Shown here one piece after another: positions 43,158 through 56,875 of a DNA stretch of 64,000 nucleotides (within the stretch, counting starts at the first letter, position 1; each line of letters starts with the position of its first letter). The translations under genes were made by a program, and so were the position numbers. Source of the stretch: Octopus vulgaris. Lineage: Eukaryota. The DNA lies in assembly GCA_951406725.2 (NCBI GenBank), contig OX597824.1:96534001-96598000 (forward strand). The letters are read 5' to 3'. Below the pieces are notes generated by a model. It was not told where the DNA came from, did not search any database, and was given only the letters and a program-made list of their open reading frames with translations.

Positions 43158-43650
43158 GACAGAAACGGAGATGAAAGCAAACAAGACCTTATAATTTCTG
43201 CCGAAGCCGTTCTCTCTCTCATTTCCCTCTCATTCTCTCTTAGACTCTTCTTCGCTCTTTCTCCCCTCCTTCTCTCTCTCTCTCCTCTCTACTCTCTACC
43301 TTTTACTCTCCTTTCTACTGTCTGCCTCCAACCATCTAATTGCCCTCCCTCCCTCTCTCTCTCTCTCTCTCATCCTCTTCAAATTTCTCACTGCTTTTCT
43401 TCCAGTCTTTCACTCTTTCTCCTTTGTATTCACCCTCTCTCAATCTTTCACCCTTTCGCCTTCTAACATTCTCTCTCAGTTTCTTGGGTTTTCTCCCCCC
43501 TCTCTCTCTCTCTCTTTTTTCATGTATGTTTAAACCAAATCAATAAAAGCGCCACCTATTGGCAGTGTTTCCTCGCCAAGACGCAATGTTTTTATAAGTG
43601 CTTGGCGTGTGAGCTTGTGGGAGGGGGGACTGTTAGCACACATACACACG

Positions 43651-43687
<37 letters not shown>

Positions 43688-43957
43688 ACACACACATACA
43701 CACACACAGATGAAACGTATGCAGACACACGTACAGACACGCAAACTCACGCACACACACGCGACTCGTACCGAGACACACCTTTTGAAAAATTACATTT
43801 CCCCCACTCCACCCCCGCCGCTCTCTTTTCTCTCCGTGGTGCCAGCAACAAGCCACGCCCTATCCGTATTCTTCACACAGCTTCCACTCACAACAATAAT
43901 TCTGTGCTAAACCATTCCTTCTTCTTCCTCCAGATATCAATATTTTTTCTTTTTAAA

Positions 43958-44180
43958 TGCAGCGAGCTGGCAGAACCGTTAGCACGCCGGGCGAAATGCG
44001 TAGCCGTATTTCGTCTGCCGTTACGTCCTAGTTCGAATTCCGCCGAGGTCGACTTTGCCTTTCATCATTTCGGGGTCGATTAAATAAGTACCAGTTACGT
44101 ACTGGGGTCGATATAATCGACTTAATCCGTCTGTCTGTCTCCTCTATGTTTAGCCCCTTGTGGGTAGTAAAGAAATAGGT
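43958..44180 (+). mobile_element. tRNA-derived SINE family B, near full length
   Basis: Head gcgagctggcagaaccgttagcacgccgggcg...gttcgaattccgcc, central gcctttcatcatttcggggtcgat..taagtaccag and tail tttagccccttgtgggtagtaaagaaata. Other copies lie at about 1110-1180 (-), 1420-1540 (+), 56047-56265 (+), 57290-57695 (-, two copies) and 62700-62875 (-). Confidence 0.85.
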
Positions 44181-44418
44181 ATATATTTAACGGACTCATT
44201 CGTACAAAAAGAGTGAAATAATTTACTTGACCAACCTGTCTGCTGGTTTGCTAATCCTTTTCGCTGATTGGTTGAATTTTTCCATCCACGTGCTGAACTG
44301 ATTCGGTTCATAGCATAAACTGTAATAACAACAACAAGAACATAGAAGAACATTAAAGAAGGACCGTGAATGTGAGAGTGTGACTGATAGATAAAACTTT
44401 TGTCAACTAAGAGTTTTG

Positions 44419-44482
<64 letters not shown>

Positions 44483-44874
44483 GTAAAATACAAACATACG
44501 TGCATACACATCTGAAAAAGAATAAAAGAAAAAATATGTGTTTCTTTATTAGCCACACAGGGCTGGACACGGACGGGACAAATTGCAAAGCAGACCTTTT
44601 CTTTTTGGGAAGAAAAAATGTGGGGTAGGTTTTCGATCAAAAGGGATCGTAAAAAGAAAAAAAAAAAAAACCCCGATCAATAGGGATCGTGTGTCACAGA
44701 AATGTCATGATATAAAGTGTAAAGGGGGAAGCAGCTAAGGTTTATCCATAGAAAGAGAAGCCTACGGAAAAGACTACGGTAACATAGGTCATTAATGTCA
44801 CATGTTAACACATTTATTTGCAAGTAAGTAACTCGCTGTTTTAAAAATATATATACATATATAGGTGTATATTT

Positions 44875-44930
44875 ACGCACGGACATCCCGCTGTTTCGGT
44901 GATTATACACCTCATCAGCCTCCGATGCAC
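44875..44930 (-). ncRNA. Hammerhead motif with a fully canonical core
   Basis: Minus strand gg-CTGATGA-GGTG(tataat)CACC-GAAA-CA(gcggga)TG-TC-cgtgc, with triplet GUC. Stem I pairing is imperfect. It lies inside a roughly 300-bp insert between (TA)-rich tracts. Confidence 0.55.
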
Positions 44931-46059
44931 GGAAGAGAAACATTCATTTAGCCACACAAGGTATGGAAGCTGCTGACATCTCGGACGATTGGTTAATATA
45001 TAAATCAGTCGAGGACTGACACTAGAACGAAGTGGTCACTTATATATCAACAGGAAATATTAGCTGCTCTGAAAAGGTATCGAGAGGAGCTTCAAAGTGC
45101 TCAACTGATAGAATATAATCATTTGGAACACTTCAAGAGCTAAGAAGCTATATATATATATTTATATATATATACATATACATACATATTTATATATATA
45201 GTAACTCAGTACTTATTAACTGATTGTAAAGCCGTGTACTTATTCTATGGCTCTGTTTTGCCGAACCTCAAAGTTACGAGGACGTAAACACACCAACAAC
45301 GGTTGTCGAGTGACGGTGGGGGAGAAACACACACGTTATATACGTCGAAATTCTTCCACTCCGTCTACCAAATCTACTCCCAAGGCGTTGGTCGGCCCGG
45401 GGCCATTGTAGAAGACATTTACTCCAGGTGCCACGCAATGGGATTGAAACCGGAACCATGTGGTTGGGCAGCAAACTTCTTACCATACATATATGCATGA
45501 ACCTATGCAATATAATTTAGGTCCATCTCTGCGCGATATTCAACCAGTGAGAAGGCATCATGAAACAGCTTAGAGCTGATGCTGTGACTAAATGTGTTTG
45601 GGAATTAAAGCAACAGGGCGAAGCTCGTCTAATGTAACAGATACTAAAATATATAGAATATTGAGAATATTCATAATTTTTAACTGAATACCCACACACG
45701 CACACACACACATACACAAACACACGCAAGTATGTTCCCTACAAGGACTTCACCCTTCACCCGGATATTTTTTCCCAATCACTCTTCATCTTTTCATCTC
45801 CTACACCTTTTTTCTATATCGTTGAAGGAATAGCGTCTGAAACGTTAAGACGCTTTCCATTCCTTTTCAGCGCTAAACTTATATGCAATATTTATGAAAA
45901 TGTGTTCTCTTCTTTCACATCGTTTTTTCATTGATTTGGTTTACATATGCATAGACTTACATCCACCCACACACAAACGCATACATACATACATACATAC
46001 ATACATACATACATACATACATACATACATACATACATACATACATACATACATACACA

Positions 46060-46130
<71 letters not shown>

Positions 46131-47002
46131 TCATAGACACAGATACACGTGTTTATTAAGTTCACACAACAAGTAATGTTGCACTCGGGAACTTTTGGAA
46201 GACAACTGGAGATTGCGTGATGTGCTCCATTGAGTGCTTGTCTGTCTGTATGTCTGCTTTATATGCGTGTGTGTGTGTGTAAGTGTATGTGTGTGTGTGT
46301 GTGTGTGTGTGTCTGTTTGTACAGTTCATTGTCTCCTGTTAATATTTGTCTTTAAGCGTGAATGGGAATCGATGTGATTAATTATGTATCAAAGCAATTA
46401 TATTGTTGCTGTTGTTGTTGGATAATCTCAGTTCAACCTTGACATTACAGTGTCGAACAAAACTGTTCCAGTCGTGGCCATCCAGTTTTAAAAGATTCAT
46501 TTGGGACTAAATCATCGACTGCCTCTGTTCTGTATTTTAAGCGTTAGTGTGATTTGAAGGAGATTTAGCTGTAATTTTTAGCAGCCACGTTGAGGTTCCC
46601 TTAGGTGACCTTAAAGGTTTCATTAGTTGTTGTTGTTGCTGATGTTGATGTTGTTGTTTGTGTTCTTGTTGTATTTGATGCTGCTGATGGCGAGGATATT
46701 GTTTAGCCCTAGCTCAGCTTTATTCTTCCAGAACCACGATTAAAAGACATTCCAGCTGTGACAATCACATCTGTCTGTTTCATTTTCAGACACAGTGTAT
46801 CTAGCCATGACCCTATTACCCAATATGTCATTTGCTTTTAAAGATTTGAAGCGAATTTGACTTCTATTTCTAGCAGGTTAACTGACAGCACGAATTTGGT
46901 TCCAATGTTGCTACTACTGATGAAAGAGATGATGATGATGATGATGATGATGATGGTGATGATGGACGACCGTGTGATGATGAGGAAGAGGATGACGATG
47001 GA

Positions 47003-47045
<43 letters not shown>

Positions 47046-47490
47046 TAATATGTTAGCAAGATCGGTTGAGCATAGGAGAAAATATGTGATATTTAGTTGC
47101 AATATACTGAGGATAAAGCGATATATATTTACATAGATTAGCCAGAAAAAATCCGCGATGTACTGAGTACGCGATAGGTGAACCGCGGTTACTATATTAC
47201 TCTTTTACTCTTTTACTTGTTCCAGTTACTTGACTGCGGTCATATACATATATACGACGGGCTTCTTTCAGTTTCCGTCTACCTAATCTGCTGACAAGGC
47301 TTTGGACGGCCGAGGCTATATAGTAGAAGACACTTGTCCAAGGTGCCACGCAGTGGGACTGAACCCAAAGCCATGTGGTTGGTAAGCAAGCTACTTACCA
47401 CACAGCCGCTCCTATGTATACATAGTTGTAATAATGAAGGTGGAAATGCATAAATTACGTAAACCTTCCTAAGTTAAAGCGTTTCAAAAT

Positions 47491-47590
47491 ATTTTGAAAA
47501 ACTTTAACTGAGGAAGGTCTCAGGTAATTGATGCCTTCCTTATTTTACATAACGAAGACCCGAAACGCACGTCTTAAATGATTTCAAAAT
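47491..47590 (+). ncRNA. Type-I hammerhead ribozyme with extended stem I; a truncated inverted partner lies at about 47425-47490
   Basis: ATTTTGAAA-aac-TTTAA-CTGAGGA(47508)-A-GGTCT...AGACC-C-GAA-ACGCACGT-C(47573)-TTAAA-tga-TTTCAAAAT. The immediately upstream accttcctaagttaaagcgtttcaaaat is the diverged reverse complement of its 5' half. Confidence 0.65.
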
Positions 47591-48033
47591 CTCGCCGTTT
47601 TGTTTGACATCATTATTACAACTAATATGACATGATGCAAATACAAACAAGCCGGTCCAGACCCCATTTATGCAAAAATGCTCTAACGACGATTGGATGT
47701 ATTCTGTTATATTTGGTTCGAAAATTCTGGTACATCGTTTGTTAGAGAAACACAGAATATATCTACATACATATCTATATTTCTCTTTATACGTGTGCAT
47801 ACTCTCACGCTCACACAGACACACTCTCTCTCATAACATTCTGATATATGTGTACGCGTGCGCGGGCGCACATACGCACATGCAAATTTGTGTGCGTATC
47901 ATTATATATATTTACAAGCATAAAAATATAAATGTATAACAGTATTAAAATATGACACGGAAAACCGAGACATTAACAGTTGTTAGCGTTGCGCAGAAAC
48001 AATTGTTGTCATTTGGGATTAAAGCCGGTTCAG

Positions 48034-48099
<66 letters not shown>

Positions 48100-48108
48100 C
48101 AGCCACTC

Positions 48109-48190
<82 letters not shown>

Positions 48191-48496
48191 GCATGTATGT
48201 ATGTATATATGTATCTCTCTCTCTCTATGTATCAATCTCTCTCTCTCTCTATCAATCTCTATCTCTCTATTTATCTATATGTGTATATATACACTTGTAT
48301 ACCCATACATAATAGACCGAGACTGTAATAAAGTGTGAATTAAACCAGTTAATAACATTACCGGGGTGAAGGCAAACAAACCCACCCAGACACAACAGAT
48401 GTTTGCCCCTCCTCAAACATTATTCTATACACCATCACAGTGTGTGTGTCTGTTTATATACATACATACATACATACACATATATATATATATATG

Positions 48497-48555
<59 letters not shown>

Positions 48556-48990
48556 GTATATGTATATGCATGTGTATATGGTTATATGTGTGAGCGTGTG
48601 TGGGCGGCGGACCATGTTCTGTATCAATATTTTCACAGGGCTGTTGATTACGACATGAAAAAAGGAAAAACCAGCTTCACCGTTTGGCGAGCGATCTGAC
48701 CGGTGGACGAGCTGAAGGCTTCCAGCATGAGCATGTATTGATGTGTGTGTGTATGTGTGTGTGTATGTGTGTGTGTATGAATGTATGTTTGTATATATGG
48801 GTGTGTGAGTAAATATATATATGCATATATATATATATTCTTGTGTGTGTGTGTGCATATACACACATCTATATATTTAGTATACACACATATATGCATA
48901 CATGCATATAGGCCTGCGTACACACACACAACACATACATACATTTATATATTCATATGTACATATATATATGTATATATTTCTATACAT

Positions 48991-49028
<38 letters not shown>

Positions 49029-49651
49029 GTATATGTCTGTGTGTGTATGCATTATTTATATGTTAATGTTTGTCTTTTATGGAGTTACACATAAAGCATC
49101 AAACATTTATTAAAAGACCGTCCAATATACTGAAATAGGTTCGTAAATTAAAGCAAATATTCGGCAGAGAGAGGTATTCGCCAACTGGAAATTGACGTGC
49201 AAGAGAAAATGGAGAGACAGAAAGGAAGTGAAAGAGAGAGAGAGGGAGAGAGAGGGAGAGAGAGGGGGTAAGAGGGAGAAAGAGAAGATAAGAAGGAAGG
49301 CAAGGGGATAAGAGGCAGAGAAAGGGTGTGTGAGAAGGGGCAAGAAAGGATCATGGAATATGACTGGTATTATTTTTTAACAACGAAATGATGGAAGCTA
49401 AAGTTAACAACAGCAAAATAAGAAATCAAAGACCCCGCTTCCATCTGTCTACCTTTCTGTCTATCTGTCTGTCTGCCTGTCTGTCTGCCTGTCTGTCTGT
49501 CTGTCTATCTATCTATATACAAGTACGTATATGTATGTAGATACACCTATACATATACATATACATATATGGATATAATTATATATCTACATATATGCAT
49601 AATTATGTATGTTTCAGGCTGCAGTTTCTTGCATTTTATCACGATTCTTTA

Positions 49652-49691
<40 letters not shown>

Positions 49692-50609
49692 ATGAATCTA
49701 TCTATCTATGAATATGTATTGAATCTCATTCTCTCTCTCTCTCTCTACACACACACACATACACATATATATATATAAAACATATATGTATATATATATA
49801 TATATATATAGATAAATGTATGTATAGGCATATAACCAAACGCAGACATATATAAGCATGTATATGTATATATACATACTTATATATATATATGCATATG
49901 TATGTACGTATGTATGTATGTATATATCTATCTGTCTGTATATAACCATGTGCATATACACATATATATAATACATATGTACAGACATACACACAAACAT
50001 ACATATATACCTACATATGTTTGAGTCTTTTTATACAAGAGGCTGTACATGTATGTATGTATTTATGTATGTATGTATGTATGTATGTATGTATGTTTGC
50101 ATGTATAAGGATGTGAAATTATGTGTAATTTGTGTATATAACAGATTCTATTTTCTTAACTTTACACCGCTCACCTCCCACCACGGGGCCTTTCATTCGC
50201 CACTGCACCACACACTATGCCTCCTGCTCCCACCGAAAATCCCTGTTACCACCACCACCACCACCACCACCTCAACTACCACTACCAACAACAACAACCA
50301 CAGCATCGCCGCCATCATAACTCCACACTCCCTGACAGAATTCCTCCACAGGAAATACATTGTTAACTTTGGCAGGGTTTGCAAACTCCATAATGGAGCG
50401 GTTGCGTGTCTATGCATGAGGGAAGCGTGTTTGTCGAGACAGTCCATGCCTCACCGCCGCTCCAACCCCGCCCCACCCCAGCCACACAATAGCCCTATAC
50501 CGTAGGACCAGGCTACACCATGCCATAACATACAAAGTTATCATCACATCAAACAAATAACTACCTTTCAATACCCACTGGTATCGGTCTGTCCGTATCT
50601 AGGCCCTTA

Positions 50610-50661
<52 letters not shown>

Positions 50662-50711
50662 TGTATATATATACATACACATGTATGTATGTATCTCTCT
50701 CTCTCTCTTTT

Positions 50712-50743
<32 letters not shown>

Positions 50744-51074
50744 AAATTGAATAGAAAAGGCTTTTCTGATAATTTTTGTTAATATGTTATTGGGTGTAAA
50801 TACCTAACTTATAAACTAATTATTAAAGTGGAAAAATTATCAGGAAAGCCACTTCTTTTCATATTTTCAAATATATAATACTGTACCAAGGACTCTCTAT
50901 TTCTGAAATCCGCTATCTGTATACGGTGCCGTGTTTTATAATCTTGTAAATAATAATAATAATGGTATTTTTATATAAGCTTAAAGCTTATGGCGATCAC
51001 CATGCAGTGACTAAGGAAAATAGTCTAGTAATGGGGCATATCAGCCCTCAACAGAAAAAAGGAAGGCTTTCCTA

Positions 51075-51140
51075 TCCGCGTGGGATCGAACCCACATCCC
51101 TTTGTTAACGCGACTAAGTGTGTTACCTTTGCACCAGCAA
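51075..51140 (-). mobile_element. tRNA-like head (SINE or tRNA pseudogene)
   Basis: Minus strand gctggtgcaaaggtaacaca...gggatgtgggttcgatcccac has A-box and B-box/T-arm features, but no intact acceptor stem. Confidence 0.45.
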
Positions 51141-51534
51141 ATTTACGTCCCCCGTTTCAGTTAAATTTAAGAACAATATTAGTTCGTATTTGCATATATA
51201 TATATATACTCTTTTATACGTTTCAGTCATTTGACTGCGGCCATGTTGGAGCACCACCTTTAGTCGAAGAAATAGACCCCATGACTTATTCTTTGTAAAT
51301 CTAGTACTTATTCTATCGGTGTATTTTGCCAAACCTCTAAGTCACAGGGACGTAAACATACCAACATCGGTTGTCAAGCGATGGTGGGGAACAAACACAG
51401 ATACACAAACGCATAAATATATATGCACACACACACACATATATATATATACACGATGGGCTTCTTTTAGTTTTCGTCTACCAAATCCACCCACAAGGCT
51501 TTGGCCATCCCTTGGCTATAGTAGAATACATGTG

Positions 51535-51852
51535 AGGGCGCGTGGCTTAGTGGTTAGGGCATTCGGCTCATGATCGTAAGGTTGTGAGTTCGATTCCCGG
51601 CGACGCGTTGTGTCCTTGAGCAAGACACTTTATTTCACGTTGCTCCAGTCCACTCAGCTGGCAAAAATGAGTTGTACTTGTATTTCAAAGGGTCAGCCTT
51701 GTCACTCTTTGTGTCACGCTGATTATCCCCGAGAACTACGTTAAGGGTACACGTGTCTGTGGAATGCTCAGCCATTTGCACGTTAATTTCACGAGCAAGC
51801 TGTTCCGTTGATCGTATCAGCTGGGACCCTCGTCGTCGTAACCGGCGGAGTC
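51535..51852 (+). mobile_element. tRNA-derived SINE family C nested in a minus-strand SINE A (51205-51955)
   Basis: Head ggcgcgtggcttagtggttagggcattcggctcatgatcgtaaggttgtgagttcgattccc, then ttgtgtccttgagcaagacactt. The host SINE is split, with agtagaa on both sides. Confidence 0.85.
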
Positions 51853-51993
51853 TTTTAAGAGAGTAGAAGACACTTGCCCAAGTTGTTACGCAGTGGGACT
51901 GAACCCGGAACCATGTGGTTGGGAAGCATCTATTTCACCACACAGCCACTACTACGATTATGCATATATATAATGCACACACACACACACACA

Positions 51994-52042
<49 letters not shown>

Positions 52043-55000
52043 ACAGTGTGTGTCTTTCTGTCTGTGTTTGTCCTCCATTATCGATTGATAATCCGTGTTG
52101 GTGTGTTTAACTTCCTGTTACATAGCGGTTCGACAATAGGTAACGATAGATTAAGTACCAGGTTTTTTTTTAAAGTAGTAGGACCGAGTCGTTCGAGTAA
52201 AAATTCTTCAAGGCGGTGCCCCAGCATGGTCGCAGCCTAATGATTGAAACAAATTAAAGATAAAAAGAAGAGTATGCGGAATACTCAAGCACCTCCGTTT
52301 TCTAACATTCTGATTCCATTGGAAAAACAAAATGTTTGTCTAATTATTATTAAATCTAAAATAAATGTAATTCTATGAATTTCTTGTATTTTCGATAAAA
52401 TCCTGCTACCCCACCCCCATCCCGAATTAACAGAGAAATGTCGATTCGCTCACAGAAGCAATTAAGAAGATTGTTAATTTGAGCTTCATTAATATGGACA
52501 ATAAAGATAATTTAACAAATAAATACAAACCCGAAAATAACATCTTATTCTTAGATTTTAAAAGTATTTTCTGCAAAAAGTAGCATTTACATATGTATTA
52601 CACACACACACACACACATACACTATAAGTGTATGTGTGTGTGTATATATGTGTATTCTTTTACTTGTAATAGTCATTTGACTGTGGCCATGCTGGAGCA
52701 CCGCCTTTAGTCGAACAAATCGACCCCGGGACTTATTCTTTGCATGCCTAGTAATTATTCTATCGGTGTCTTTTGCCGTACCGCTAATCACGGGGATGTA
52801 AATACAACAACATCGGTTGTCAAGCGATGATTGGGGACAAGCACAGACACACACACACACACATGCACACACACACACGCACACACACACACACATACAT
52901 AATACGACGAGTTTCTTTCAGTTTCCAAGGTGCCACGCAGCGGGACTGAACCCGGAACCATGTGGTTGGGTAGCAAGCGTCTTACCACACAGCCACTCCT
53001 GCGCCTATATTATATATTGTATACAAAAATGAACATTTTAATTTGTGAACATTGCAACTTTTAAAGATATTTTTCTAATTCATAATTCTAAATTTTTACC
53101 GTTGATAAACAAAAAATATTGTTGAAAATATGTAAATTGGAAAATATGTAAATAAATTCATTTTAAACAATTACAAGTTTTTCAAATTTAGGTGCGTTTT
53201 CAACAACAAATTTGCCTCTCTCTGTCTTCCCTATAATATATTTGTGTGTGTGTGTGTGCTGAAAATAGCTCACCGTGGATATGGGCGAAGAGAAATGGTC
53301 AATGGACCTAGTTATGGATTCCATTGGTTATTTACAGGAAATATAAGGAAGAAGAGACCTGGTTCCTTCGTCGGTCAGAGTGGCCTGGTGGGCTAAACAC
53401 AGACATGGGAACACAAGTTCACAAAAAGAACGACCCAGGTTCAAATCCTGCTGGAGGCAAGATTTTGGAAAGCAGCAGTAGGACACGTGGGTGTGCCTGG
53501 CTTCCGTACCGTGTCAGGTATAAGGGCTGAATGGGAGAGTTCTTCTCCTGAAGATCTCTGCTGCTGTGCGCTGTTATCTGTTTATGTAGGGAGATGCATG
53601 CGAATGTGACCCGTCCTCACAAAATCTATTTGGGATTCTAAAAATATTCTTCGCTTCCGTTCCTTATCGTCCAAGATACTCACTGAAACCCCGTACCTCA
53701 AAGGTAAACAACGTAAACTCGTGTTATTACCACATTGGCTTTGATGCTCTTGTGGCTGTTGTTGTTGTGTTGTTGTTGGTCTACTCTCAGGTCTACTCTG
53801 ACGGTGTCGGCTTATAAGGAAAGCTTTCCACCGTGCTCATCCCGTTGTTTTAGTGAAATGGTGGACAACTACAATATTTTATACGACATTGTCGACATTA
53901 AGGCTATCATGTGTTTTGAGGGAATTTTAGCTGTTATTTCCAGCAGGCCGCGTGGCCATATGGAAGACCCTAATGTTGGCTTGGATATCTTAGGAGAATT
54001 CAATCGATATATTGTCGAGCCTTTGCAATCGATCGATTTCATCCCTTCCAATTCCTTAACTGCTACTTATTTTATCGATCACTGGATGTGATGTAAGACA
54101 AAAGTCGATCGAAGCAGGAATTGAACTCACAACGAAAATATAAGCTTTGAGTATTTTAATAACATATTTTCTCCACACTTCAGCATCTGAAGATGTAATC
54201 TCCAGCAACGATGTGTGAAACAAAAACAATTTTGTTTTGGGGGAATGGCGAGGGTTAAAAGCTCTGCATGAAAATTGTATGCGTTTATCAAAGCAATACC
54301 ACACCTGCTAGAAATAATAGTCAAATCTCGAAACTGTGAAGGAGTCGCTATTTATTTGAAATGGCCGCTCGTTTTGCTTGAGATTGCTGCCAAAACCTTT
54401 CTCAAATTACGTTCGGTCCTCTTAGAAAGGGATACGTCGTATAGTGTGGTTTTGGGTGCTTTGCACAGAAGGGGGAAAAACAGGAGTCTTGTGTCCTTTG
54501 GATCACGACTGAGATGGCGATGAAAATAAATTTACCTGTGAAGCTGGGGTTAGTTAACGGAATTGTTATTTATCTTTCGAATTGGATAAAGACAGGGGAC
54601 GCCAATTCAGCGATATGCCGGCGATAATACAGCGGTCGCATAAGCGACAGACGCTGGCTTCTAATTCCGCCGAAGAGCGTATGACACACTTTGATGACCA
54701 AATAAACATTTAATTTGATATAAAGTTTATTATCACTCACACACACACACACACACACACATGCGCACGCGCGCGCACAGCAGCGTACAATCCATAGAGT
54801 TTTGCAATAGCAAAAAAAAAAAAAATTGCGTTTTCTATGTTGTACGAATTAAAAATCTAAAGAATTATTCCCCTTCCCCCACATACACTCACACATATAT
54901 GTACGTTTCTTTATGTCAAACGAGAGAGAAAGAGTGCTCAATACATGTTAACGGGGATATGATTTTATTTTTATTGAAACTGAAGCAATGAAATTGTCTC

Positions 55001-55063
55001 ACGCCTCTCAAGAAGATCGCAATGGCGTGAAACTCGAACCGCAGGATAAACTTTCAGTTATAA

Positions 55064-55176
<113 letters not shown>

Positions 55177-55192
55177 CACACACACACATACA

Positions 55193-55293
<101 letters not shown>

Positions 55294-55689
55294 ATACATA
55301 CATACATACATACATAATACATGCATACATACATACATACATACATAATACATACATACACACACATAAATATATACATAGACACACGCACGTATGTATA
55401 CACACACACTCACACAAACATACACATATATACATAAATATATGTTAGAAAAAATAAGTTCAAAAATAACAATTCAAACTTTTGGGGGGATCCAAAAAGA
55501 GAGAAAAAATTATTTCTAATAAAGATTTATTATATTCATAAAAAACAGTCAGAGCAAATAATAAGAATTGAAAAATTTCGTTATAGACCTGCAAAGTCCG
55601 ATTTCCTTGGTTTTTACAGCTAAAAAACCACCATGTAACAGCGGTTCTATCATACCTATAACGAAATTCTTCAACTATTACACATATAG

Positions 55690-55706
55690 TATTATTATCA
55701 TCATCA

Positions 55707-55752
<46 letters not shown>

Positions 55753-55781
55753 TATCATTATAATTATTATTATCATCATTG

Positions 55782-55833
<52 letters not shown>

Positions 55834-55886
55834 CATTGTTATTATTATTATTATTATTATAATTATTATTATTATTATTATCATCA

Positions 55887-55950
<64 letters not shown>

Positions 55951-55958
55951 CATTAGTG

Positions 55959-56013
<55 letters not shown>

Positions 56014-56043
56014 CATCATCATTGTTATTATTATTATCATCAT
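55690..56043. repeat. (ATT/ATC)n trinucleotide microsatellite
   Basis: Directly visible; it is the source of the poly-Ile and poly-Leu pseudo-ORFs. Confidence 0.95.
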
Positions 56044-56259
56044 TGAAGCTGGCGAGCTGGCAGAAACGTTAGCGCCCCGGGCGAAATGCTTAGCGACATT
56101 TCGTCTGCCTTTACGTTCTGAGTTCAAATTCTGCCGAGGTCGACTTTGCCTTTCTTCCTTTCGAGGTCGATAAAATAAGTACCAGTTGAGTACAGGGGGT
56201 CGATGTAATAGACTATCCTCATCCACCAAACTTCAGGTCTAGTGCCTATGGTGCGAAGG

Positions 56260-56316
<57 letters not shown>

Positions 56317-56635
56317 TATTAGTTAATAAATCATATGGTAGTTTGCCTGCGAGGCATGTTCAGTGGTTCGTTGTTCAGTGTTCGTTGAGTAAGTGATTAA
56401 TGAGAGAGAGAGAGAGACGGAAGATGGAAGATACGAGAATTTTTATTGGTCGCTGCAATCGTTTCGATCCATCTAATATCGATCCCGCGGGTGGATCGAT
56501 GCTGGATGGGTCGAAACAGTGATTAATAAAAGCTCTCGTATCTTGCATCTTCCGTCTCTCTCATTAATCACACACACGCACGCACACGCACACACACATA
56601 CATACACTCGCACACAACGACACGCAGACAGATAC

Positions 56636-56684
<49 letters not shown>

Positions 56685-56685
<1 letters not shown>

Positions 56686-56875
56686 TTCAATTGTTCAGAA
56701 AACAAATGACAAAGACAGGTGAAGGAACAACAAGCAGGTGTATTAGTTTGACGCTCGGGAAGAATGGAAAAGTCCTTGACGTTTCGAGCCTACGCCCTTC
56801 GACATAAAGGGATGAGAGGAAAAAATGGAGAGACCAAAAAATGTGTCGGGATTAACGGCTTAACATGATGAAATA
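56685..56875 (-). mobile_element. Third copy of the CUGUCGA hammerhead-variant element
   Basis: Minus strand CCTTT-ATGTCGA-A-GGG(cgtagg)CTC-GAA-ACGT-C-AAGG at 56810-56774. It lies between (CA)n and a short (TA)n. Confidence 0.55.

Noticed and set aside
51535-51610. Possible genuine tRNA gene (also 23975-24046 and 15795-15864)
   Set aside because: The cloverleaf and acceptor stem are imperfect, and the sequence continues directly into multicopy SINE bodies.
53274-53307. Possible minus-strand microexon ending at CCACG|gtgagc
   Set aside because: The candidate acceptor lacks a polypyrimidine tract, and 34 nt would not preserve the frame.
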